In this document: piece after piece, positions 36,047-45,200 of the stretch
Layout of the letters: the number at the start of each line of letters is the position of its first letter
How positions within the stretch are numbered: the stretch's first letter is position 1
IMG/VR virus record: IMGVR_UViG_3300021495_000002
Location: 1 to 64,000 of that record
Length of the DNA: 64,000 nucleotides
Source of the DNA: a virus
Strand: one strand, 5' to 3'
Notes under the pieces: model-generated
Databases searched by the model: none
Seen by the model: only the letters and a program-made list of their open reading frames with translations
Told to the model about the DNA's origin: nothing
Program-made: the position numbers and the translations under genes

Positions 36047-36724
36047 ATGCGAACAATTGCTCTGTTAGTAACTCTTTTAGTGTTGTGTCTCGTTCCGCTT
36101 TCTCAAGCAGCCCTTTCCAGTGTGGTTACGCTTAACGCCACGGATGCGTCAGGGATAAATCATGAGTTGTATTACATTGATTTCCGAGAAGACTTGGATG
36201 AAGGGGTAATTTATAACTCACAGAGTACTGCTGATCGTGGAACTGTTTTATTCAAGCAAGAGGCTATGAGTACTGGAAATACCATGATGGTAGCTACAAA
36301 TTATACCTATTTTGAAGGATATGCTTTAATATCAGGTGCATCTTTAGTAGAGAATATGGGCGGAGTCAATGTTTACAATGCCAATTACTCATTAGGTGTG
36401 GTAGGTCTAAAGGGAACTTCCAGTTCCAAATTAGCTGTGGCTTCTGCTTCGAGTGTCTCTCCCTACGATGTGCAGTATCAGTACAGCGTTTCGGGAGCAA
36501 ATGGAGGCGCAGGGATTGGTGCTGCTGAGGTAAGTAACACAGGTAAGACCTATGCAAAAACAACAATAAGAGGTGCAAAACAATTTTCATTGTCTGGTGA
36601 GTTGAGTTGGTCAGTACCAAAACCTGCTGGAGGAATGGAAGTGCCAAGTACGGACATATCACATTTGTGTGTATGGGCTCAGGAGAGTCCTGCCTATCCC
36701 ATCTTTCCAGGAATAGGAGCGTGA
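36047..36724 (+). CDS. Secreted/surface protein with a signal peptide
   Basis: MRTIALLVTLLVLCLVPLSQAAL signal-like N terminus. G/S/A/V-rich mature part. Confidence 0.55.
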   Translation: MRTIALLVTLLVLCLVPLSQAALSSVVTLNATDASGINHELYYIDFREDLDEGVIYNSQSTADRGTVLFKQEAMSTGNTMMVATNYTYFEGYALISGASLVENMGGVNVYNANYSLGVVGLKGTSSSKLAVASASSVSPYDVQYQYSVSGANGGAGIGAAEVSNTGKTYAKTTIRGAKQFSLSGELSWSVPKPAGGMEVPSTDISHLCVWAQESPAYPIFPGIGA

Positions 36725-36725
36725 A

Positions 36726-37721
36726 ATGAAAACTCCTCTTTCCTCTATTTTTAATTTTGGAGCAATTCCCTCTCCTTGGGATAAAAGGGACGTTATATAC
36801 GCGGCTCTTACTTCAAAAGAGAAGCCGGAGGCATTTAGTCTTAAGGAATACCAAGGACCGGTAGTAGACCAGGGTTCTCGACAGATATGCGTTCCTTGTG
36901 CGTTGTGTGCAATTGCAGAGTCAAAACAATTTTACAATACTAATTTGTCTGAATGTTACATTTACAAGCGTCGTTCCCATAAGGGAGATGGCATGGTGCT
37001 GAGGAACGCTCTCAAAATTATGCAAAAGGAAGGCACTTGTCAAGAAATGTGTTTTCCGTTGTCTACGTGTCAAGAACGATGCAGTGAAAGCTCAATTAAA
37101 AAGAACGCCCTATCTTATAGGATAGGAGAATACCATAGAGTATTCAATGATATTACCGGTACGATGTATATTCATAAGCTACCAGTATTTGCAGCCGTTC
37201 CTGTGTATGATAATTGGTCCTATGATGCTCGTATACCAATGCCCTCTGGTGAATTCTTAGGTTTTCACGCTATTACGATTGTAGGATATAACCTCACAGA
37301 GAAATATTATGAATTCAAAAATTCCTGGGGAACAGAATGGGGGAATGGGGGATACGGGGTGTTGCCTTTAAACTATCCGATAGCTGAAGCATGGATAGTT
37401 GAGCCGAGACTTGGGAATGATTACGATGATTTGCTTCCTGATGACATAACAATTAAAAATACAATATGTGGCATGTCCATATTTGGGCTTGGTATCGAAC
37501 TCGAGATTACTGTTCCTTGGGACTGTATTGTAAGACCCAACTTCGGAATATTCCGATTTCCACGTATGCTTCATAAAGGCACGAATTCAGTGATGTTTAG
37601 ATTTCCATTTAAGAAAGGTTCACAGCCACTAAGTTTAACCTTTAAGCATAAGAATTCTTATATTAGAATGTCTGCTACTCTTTCTAATACCATTCAATTG
37701 AGTGAGTGGGAAAGAATTTGA
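36726..37721 (+). CDS. Papain-family (C1) cysteine peptidase with a C-terminal beta-rich extension
   Basis: DQGSRQICVPCALCA (Gln/Cys block), GFHAITIVGYN (His block) and KNSWGTEWGNGGYG (Asn-Ser-Trp block), in papain order. Confidence 0.8.
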   Translation: MKTPLSSIFNFGAIPSPWDKRDVIYAALTSKEKPEAFSLKEYQGPVVDQGSRQICVPCALCAIAESKQFYNTNLSECYIYKRRSHKGDGMVLRNALKIMQKEGTCQEMCFPLSTCQERCSESSIKKNALSYRIGEYHRVFNDITGTMYIHKLPVFAAVPVYDNWSYDARIPMPSGEFLGFHAITIVGYNLTEKYYEFKNSWGTEWGNGGYGVLPLNYPIAEAWIVEPRLGNDYDDLLPDDITIKNTICGMSIFGLGIELEITVPWDCIVRPNFGIFRFPRMLHKGTNSVMFRFPFKKGSQPLSLTFKHKNSYIRMSATLSNTIQLSEWERI

Positions 37722-37727
37722 ATTAGA

Positions 37728-40142
37728 ATGAGCTTACGAGTAACATTTCTCGGAGTAAATGCAGAAGCAAAGGGACATTCCTGTATATTAGTTGAGTCAT
37801 CCAAAGCGAGAATCCTCTTAGAGCCCACTCAGCGAGTTAGGGACGTTGATGCTGTTATAATCACGGATATAGACAGAGATGAATATAGCGAATGGAAATA
37901 TTATGCAGACCAAGGAATTCCTATATATTCGGTAGCAGCAATAAAGAGATGGGCAGAAGATGATGAACTTCGAGAGTCCATTCAAGTGATAAGCAACAAG
38001 TTCTCAATTAAGGGTCTCCACATGAATTGGCTAAAAGCTAACGTTGCTCCTCACGAACCAGCAGGCGGAGTTAGAATTCCAAGTTATGATGTAGATATAG
38101 TGCCTGAACTTCCAGCTTATATTCCTCAAGCTTTAATAAAGGCATTTGGATTGCCACCGTCCAATATTATAGTTGGCATTGGTTCTTATAAGAAATCAGA
38201 CCATAAAATATCGTTTGAGGATTTTCTTCTTCAGCTTGAGAAGACTCGAAGTGGTAAGGAAAAAGGTCTTTTATCTATTACCCTTACAAACTTCAGGAAG
38301 GATTTAAAAGAACATAAAAGTGAAGTTCTCAGAAGACTTAAAGAACGATGGGATATTCCCATCTTTTGGGCAGAAAAGGGCATGACGCTGGAATTTGCAA
38401 TAGATGGAGAAGTGATAAGAACAGATACCCTTCCTAAAGAAGACGAAAAGCTTCACTTCAAAGAATTCCTTTCCAAAGGAGTTGATTATGACATAAAGCA
38501 CGTCAAGACAAGATGGAAAGAGTGTATAGCAGATTTGCGATATTTGGCTAACAACGCCGTACCTCGCTTGAAAGCAGGAAAGAAGTGGGGTAAGTGGACT
38601 CTTGATGCGTGCTATAAATATTTTGCCGCTTTGATAGATGCTCTTCGTAGTGTGTATTTTGCACTCGTTCCCCCTACTCAACCTGAGCTATACAAAATAG
38701 AACATCCTAATAAAGATCCTAAAGAAGCACTTAAGACTTCTTTCTGGCAGACATACTTGAAGGCTAAGAAATACATGAAGTCCAAACCTCCCAAAGATGA
38801 GGAGGAATTAAAAGAGTGGAATAAGAAGCGAGCAAAAATAATAAGTGCATCTGAGGAAACGAAGAGCCTTAAAGTCGGATACCTTTCCAAGGCTAAACCA
38901 TATTTACGATTCTTCCTTCCTACTATTCATGAGGATATTGCGAGTGCTGGATGGGACGAAAAGAAGCTCCTTATCGATGTTAAAGCTGATGGTCTCAGAA
39001 TTACTCTTTGGAAGTCAGGCGGTAAAGGGTACGTGTTTGTGGATCCAGAAGAACTCAAACACAAGTCCCCATTAATAAACAAATATATTCCTCAGATAGT
39101 GAAAGAGATTGAAGAACGCTTCCCTGATAACACAGCTCTTGATGGGGAACTTTATGCAGCAAAAGGCAATGAAGCTTTACATAGAACCGTCATAAATGGA
39201 ATTATAAATACTAAGCTTCCTCCCGAAAGATTCATACCTTATGCGTACGCATTTGTATTCGATGTCCTTATTTATAAAGGGAATGATGTCCGAGATAAAC
39301 CTCTCGAAGAAAGGTTAAAACTGCTTCAGACTTTTAAGTCTACCGCACACATCAAAATAGAAAGAGTAAGCAAAGTTGCAATACCAAGCTATTCTGGATA
39401 CATAGTAGACGGGAATAACAAGAGTGCGATAGATAAAGCCATTCATTTGATAAAAACTTCAAAACACAGTCTCCATAAGGGATTGCAAGAGGGCGTCATG
39501 ATTAAAACTTTAGATCATTTCTATGAAGTTCCTACAAATAAAGGGGCAGCCAAATGTAAGTTTTGGCACGAAGTTGACACTGTGGTACTGGATAAGAAGT
39601 TGGTAAAAGGACAAACCGATGTGTGGAATTATTATCTGGGTATCGAAATACCAGCCGGATATGCTAAGATGATGCTTGATGACACTCAGGCGTATAAACG
39701 TGTTCGATGTTTGTATAATGGTCATCTTTATAAGAAGAAAGAGTGTCAAGATTATTTAGACAGACGAGGTACTCGATTCTTTATGGAATACGGAAAGTCG
39801 GATAACACAAAAATTAAGTGTGATGTTGGAGACGTTCTTAGAGTGTCCTCAGAAGAAGTCCTCTATAATGCAAATGAAACTCATCCAGAATACCCGTATT
39901 ATACAGGATACATAAATAGGGCGATGGAACCAGTACCAGAAAGAAAGACTTCTGATAATTTAGTCGTGTTGCATCGTCTTGCTTTACTTGAACCTCAACG
40001 GATACCCTTGGAAGTCTTAGCGAAATGGAAAGAAAGTATGCCTTCAGAGATAAAGAAGTATTGTGAATATATTAGGTCTTTACCCACTTCAAGACTAATT
40101 CAATTTTATAATGCACTGAAGAAGGTTCAAAATGAAGAGTGA
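37728..40142 (+). CDS. lig: ATP-dependent DNA ligase with a ~400-aa N-terminal extension
   Basis: Adenylation motif I DVKADGLRITLW (Lys at ~38982), motif III ALDGELYA, IIIa AFVFDVLIY, IV EGVMIKT and V KCKFWHEVDTVVL. Confidence 0.85.
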   Translation: MSLRVTFLGVNAEAKGHSCILVESSKARILLEPTQRVRDVDAVIITDIDRDEYSEWKYYADQGIPIYSVAAIKRWAEDDELRESIQVISNKFSIKGLHMNWLKANVAPHEPAGGVRIPSYDVDIVPELPAYIPQALIKAFGLPPSNIIVGIGSYKKSDHKISFEDFLLQLEKTRSGKEKGLLSITLTNFRKDLKEHKSEVLRRLKERWDIPIFWAEKGMTLEFAIDGEVIRTDTLPKEDEKLHFKEFLSKGVDYDIKHVKTRWKECIADLRYLANNAVPRLKAGKKWGKWTLDACYKYFAALIDALRSVYFALVPPTQPELYKIEHPNKDPKEALKTSFWQTYLKAKKYMKSKPPKDEEELKEWNKKRAKIISASEETKSLKVGYLSKAKPYLRFFLPTIHEDIASAGWDEKKLLIDVKADGLRITLWKSGGKGYVFVDPEELKHKSPLINKYIPQIVKEIEERFPDNTALDGELYAAKGNEALHRTVINGIINTKLPPERFIPYAYAFVFDVLIYKGNDVRDKPLEERLKLLQTFKSTAHIKIERVSKVAIPSYSGYIVDGNNKSAIDKAIHLIKTSKHSLHKGLQEGVMIKTLDHFYEVPTNKGAAKCKFWHEVDTVVLDKKLVKGQTDVWNYYLGIEIPAGYAKMMLDDTQAYKRVRCLYNGHLYKKKECQDYLDRRGTRFFMEYGKSDNTKIKCDVGDVLRVSSEEVLYNANETHPEYPYYTGYINRAMEPVPERKTSDNLVVLHRLALLEPQRIPLEVLAKWKESMPSEIKKYCEYIRSLPTSRLIQFYNALKKVQNEE

Positions 40143-42177
40143 ACTCATAGACACTCAGAATGTGAATACTCTACTCGAATTGGTAGAGTCGGAACTCAAT
40201 TATAGACACGCGAAAGGATTGCACATTCCAAATAGGGGAATGTATTTACCCTCGCTACACGCTAAGCTTATCCATGACGGTCACAAGACAGTAATTCTCA
40301 AGGATAGGAAATTTAAAATAGCGGGCGTTCCATTCCTTTACTGTGACAATAAATATGCTTATGGTGTATTAGAACTTAAAGAACCAAAAGAAATTAAGAC
40401 AGAAGGGCAATTTAAGGCTCTCCAGAAATATCATAGAGTAACCAAGAAAGAGTTTGAAAATTGGAATTGGTCATTTCCCCTCTACGCTTATTATATTAAA
40501 GAGGTTCGCAACTTTAGGAAACCTGTAAAGATTAACCTTCCTCAAGGCGTGCAAAACTTTATTAAGAATCCAATTCAATATTTAGAAGATAGTGAATATC
40601 CATTTACTGGTAAGCATGAATTATCTCTTCCTCTACAAATAAACTGTCCCAACTGTGGAAGGTGGATATACGTTCCACATTCTCCAATTCCGTCTGATTG
40701 TCCTTATTGTGGTTATCAATTGAAAGAAGTGGAAGAAGAAAAATCACGGATGGTTCCTCTTCCGAAAGAAGAATACTCTCGAATAGTTAAGGATTATCCT
40801 CTTAAACCTTTGCCTAAGAAATATTATAAAGATCAGAGAGGAGGAGTAGCTTGGTGCTTTGCTTCTCCTCGAACTAAAGTCCTCACGGAAGGTGGATGGA
40901 AGCCTTGGAACAAAATTTATCCGGGTGAGAGAGTCTTAACACATAAGGGCAGGTTCATGCGAGTCACTCGAAAGGACGTGTTTGAAGGCATTTATGACTG
41001 GATTAAGGTTCATCTTCAGTTTGATAACATAAAGGACCTCAAGTACGATATTCGAGTGACTGAGAATCATCCCTTCCTTACAACAGACGGTTGGAAAGAA
41101 GCTAAGGATTTAAAGGTTGGTGATAAGATTATTTCAAAAACACCTAAGCGTTGTCTCAAGTGTCGTGCTCCGATTCCACTTTCATGGAATGCAAAGACGG
41201 ATTTTATGTTTTGTAGTGATGAATGTGCACGAAACTATGAGTGGACAGAAGAGAGTTTGCACACTGAATACATTGATAAACAAATTTATGATAATTCTCT
41301 TGCTGACGTCACAGTCACAGTTGTTAAGATAGAACAGATTAAAATCCCAAAAGACTCTACTGTATGGACTCAAACTCACGCTTGTTCCTTAGAGGTAGAA
41401 GAAGATCACTCGTATATGACTCCTTTAGGATTCTCTCACAATTCACAATGGCACATAAGGGGCATAAAACCGGAAGACAAAGAAGCATACGATAAAGGTG
41501 AAATATCCTTCGAGGAGATGATTTTGCATCATAGTCTTCATCAAGACTTGAGATGGAAATTAAATGGCGTTTCAGTTCTTCCGCAGTGCACAATTACTGA
41601 GAGTGACATGAAGTCTTATGTGAGAGGAATGCTTGGACAACTTAATCCAGAACAGAAGGGTCCTGCCAACGTCCAAAAGGTTAAGGTAATTCCCAAGGTT
41701 GAGATCGCCAAGCCTACAATGCCAAAGTCCAAAATAAAGGAATTCCTTATAGACAAGGAAGGAGCTAAGCTTATTAATAAGATTATAATACATAAGACCT
41801 CTTACTGGATCAGTCCTGGAGAGATTGGGAGTTTGCCATACACTTGGGCTTACATGGGAACTATATGGACGGGAAAGGTGGCAACGGGGGTTGAGAGAGG
41901 AGATTTTCATGAGCTCTTCTTTTATCCCGATAAAGATCTTCCGGAACCAAATAGAAAATTCTTCGATGGACGATTCATATTAAGAGCCTTCAGAGGCGAA
42001 GCAGCACGAGGTGGCAAGACGTGGTGGTTGTGGAAATCTACAAAAAATCCTTATCCACAAAACCCTTGGTGTTATTGTGACCAAGGTGAACACGAAGTTC
42101 TTCCTCTTGATAAGATAAAGCATTGGGGACATGAAGATTATCCTGAATGGAAGACAAGAAAGGATGATTGTGAATAA
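40132..42177 (+). CDS. ASCH-like + zinc ribbon + intein-interrupted LigD-type 3'-phosphoesterase-like protein
   Basis: N terminus IHDGHKTVILKDRKF (ASCH-like). CPNCGRW...CPYCGY ribbon. Spliced extein GGVAW/SQWHIRG...HHSLHQDLRWKLNGV and GDFHELFF...FDGRFILRAFRG...KTWWLWKS resemble the H..H.D.R and C-terminal blocks of the LigD phosphoesterase domain. Confidence 0.45.
   Translation: MKSELIDTQNVNTLLELVESELNYRHAKGLHIPNRGMYLPSLHAKLIHDGHKTVILKDRKFKIAGVPFLYCDNKYAYGVLELKEPKEIKTEGQFKALQKYHRVTKKEFENWNWSFPLYAYYIKEVRNFRKPVKINLPQGVQNFIKNPIQYLEDSEYPFTGKHELSLPLQINCPNCGRWIYVPHSPIPSDCPYCGYQLKEVEEEKSRMVPLPKEEYSRIVKDYPLKPLPKKYYKDQRGGVAWCFASPRTKVLTEGGWKPWNKIYPGERVLTHKGRFMRVTRKDVFEGIYDWIKVHLQFDNIKDLKYDIRVTENHPFLTTDGWKEAKDLKVGDKIISKTPKRCLKCRAPIPLSWNAKTDFMFCSDECARNYEWTEESLHTEYIDKQIYDNSLADVTVTVVKIEQIKIPKDSTVWTQTHACSLEVEEDHSYMTPLGFSHNSQWHIRGIKPEDKEAYDKGEISFEEMILHHSLHQDLRWKLNGVSVLPQCTITESDMKSYVRGMLGQLNPEQKGPANVQKVKVIPKVEIAKPTMPKSKIKEFLIDKEGAKLINKIIIHKTSYWISPGEIGSLPYTWAYMGTIWTGKVATGVERGDFHELFFYPDKDLPEPNRKFFDGRFILRAFRGEAARGGKTWWLWKSTKNPYPQNPWCYCDQGEHEVLPLDKIKHWGHEDYPEWKTRKDDCE
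40855..41442 (+). mobile_element. Mini-intein (196 aa), no homing endonuclease, with an inserted CxxC...FCSxxC zinc ribbon
   Basis: Block A CFASPRTKVLTEGG (Cys1), block B VTENHPFLT (TxxH), blocks F/G SLEVEEDHSYMTPLGFSHN followed by the +1 Ser. Confidence 0.75.
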
Positions 42178-42206
42178 TTTTAGTTTAATACTCTTATTTC
42201 AGTAAC

Positions 42207-45200
42207 ATGGGTTGGTTATCTGGTTATTCTTATCGGAAAAAAGTAACAATTTCTGGCTCGAGTGGAGCTGGAGAGAATTATCAAGTTAAGTTATTAATTG
42301 GCTCGTCATCAGGAGGAGACTTTCATTTAGAAGGACATTGTGAAAATTTTCCTAACGACATTCGTTTTACGGACGATGATGGCACGACTCTCTTGGATTA
42401 CTGGATAGAAGATTCAACTCAAGACCCGATTACGGTATGGGTAAAAGTTAAAGATAATTTGGACAACAATGTGGATATTTATGTTTACTATGGCAATCCC
42501 TCTGCCAGTTCTGCGAGTGATGGGAACAGTGTTTTTCTTGATTTCATAGACAAAGAGGACGCTTCAAGTTTCACTTGTGATAGTAACCATTATGCAACAA
42601 CGTACAACGACTATCTAAGGATTTACAGCGATGCTGGTTCTGGGGAAAGATGCTATAAAGATATAGACATTCCAAAACCATTCGTATATGAAATGGTTTG
42701 GTATACTCATAACACAGATATAACAGACCAAGTCGGAATAATTGTTTCAACAGATTCAGGTGGTGGCGTTTCAAATCGTTACTTTTACACATTCCAGCCT
42801 CGCTCCCCCTCTCAAAATAAAGTACAGTACTATACAGGCTCTTTTAATGATCTCTATTCCTCTTTCAGTATGGGGACGACTTACAGATTCAAGATAATTG
42901 TCGATGATAATGTTGATTTCTATCTTTATGACGTTGATGGAAACCAACTTGCTTCGGCTTTAAACAAACCTTACGCTTATGGCTCTCCATCAGGTAACGC
43001 CAAAACTTTATGGATAGGCGATGCTACTGGGGGAACAGATATAAAAGGAGATATAAGAATAAAGTTTGCTTTCTTTCGCAAATACGCCTCTCCAGAGCCT
43101 TCTTTTGGTAGTGTTGGAAGTGAAACCTCATGTTTTTCTTGTACTGATGTGGTTGGATTGTTAGATACCTCCTCTCGGAGTGGACCTTTAGTAGGAAGTT
43201 GTGTCGATGCTTTGGGTGCTATTTCTTCCTCTTCTCTTTTCATGGAAGCCACTTGGCTTCCTGGTTTTACTTATAGAAAACGTCTTGTTATCTCAGGCTC
43301 AAATGGAGCAGGCACTGGATATCAAATTAAACTCAAGATAGGCTCCTCTTCTGGAGGGGATTTTCATTTGAACGGTCACTGTGACGACTTTCCCAATGAT
43401 ATACGTTTCACGAAAGACGACGGTCTTACTCTTCTCAAGTATTGGATAGAAGATCCTGATCAAGACCCAGTTACAGTGTGGGTGAAAATTGAAGACAATT
43501 TGGATGAGAACGTAGATATTTACTGTTATTACGGCAGTTCAATTGCAGATACTCTCAGTAATGGTGAAGCCGTCTTTGATTTCTTTGATGATTTTGATTA
43601 CGGGAATATCTCCAGTTATCTCGTTCATAATGGTACAAAGGACTGGGCTGTTGGAGGTATCGAGTTACCTAATGGTGATATTATTGCTGCTTGGGAGTAT
43701 AGTCCAACTGGAGTTGAGTGTTCTAACTCAAACTACATTTTAGCGAGCAGATCAACTGATGGTGGAAAAACATGGGGAAGTAGCTACACACTTCAAGACA
43801 CTCCCAATAGAAGAGACGTAGAACCTCAATTTTTAGTTCTGGGTAATACAGTGTATTTTTTCTATGGAATAGTCGATGAAAACGATTCAAATAGAGCTGG
43901 TGCAATATACTATAAGACTTCAACTGACAATGGTAATACATGGTCTGAAGCACATTTGATAGAAAGTTCCAGTCATCTTATAGCGACTATTTCTAATCCT
44001 ATTAAATTAGAAAATGGCGACTACGCAGGTCGTATTATTCTTCCCGCTCAAGAATGGGATGGAAGTCAGTGGCATTCGTATGTATATTACTCGGACGATA
44101 ATTGTAGCAGTTGGAATCGTAGTAATGTTGTTCAGAGTGATAAGAATCTCTGTGAACCAACGGTTGTTGAGCTTTCTGATGGCTCTCTATATATGCTGAT
44201 GCGTAATAGTGATTCACCAGGTGGAGAATGGCAATATGAGTCAAAATCAACAGACGGAGGCGTAACTTGGAGTAGTGCAACTTCATCAAGCATTCAGTCA
44301 CCGCGTGCACAGTCCAAACTTTTGAAGTTATCAAATGGACATATTATACTGTTATGGAACAATGTGTCTTCTTCTTCCAATACTCCAAGAGTTCCTCTGT
44401 CAGTTGCAGTCTCCACAGATGACTGCAATACATGGTCTGATGCGGTAGATATTAGAAGTGGTAGTGGGCAATATTCAAATATGGGCTTACTATTAAAGTC
44501 CAATGGCGAAATTGTTGCTTTATATACAGACGAAATTAACTTTGATATCTATGCTGCAATTTTTACTGAAGAAGTTTTCAATGAGCAGTTTTCAGATAAA
44601 TGGGATACGATTGGAAGTCCGAGTATTTCGTTTGAGAATTCAGTTATGTCCATGACATGCGATGATGAAGAATACATCAAGAGCAAATCATTCACAATTT
44701 CTCCTCCAGCGATATTAGAAGTAAAGTCAAAGGACAAAGATAGTGGAACAGAAAATTATCCTGGAACATACGGTTTTGGTTACTATCATGGTACAACTTA
44801 CGATACAAATGGTGTACAAAGAGGTGTTCATACTACTGAACAATATGATCTTGTAGTTTGTGATAATTCAGGACGAGATTATACTACTGATGGATTTCCT
44901 CGTAATACGAACTTTGCAACCTACAAAATAGTATGGACAAGTTCGATTTGTCACATCTATGAAAACGGTGTACAGAAAGATGATGGTGATGTCACGACCC
45001 ACATACCAACAGTGAGTTTACCGGTTGTAATAGGTAGAACATATTATTATAATCATCCAAACGCTTTTGATGTTGACTGGGTTTTTGTTAGGAAATACGC
45101 CGATTCGGAGCCATCATTCAGTAGTGCTCAAGCAGAGGAGGGACCTGTATTCACTTGTGGAGACGTACTTTCAAATTCAAGCATCTTCAATTCTCTTCTT

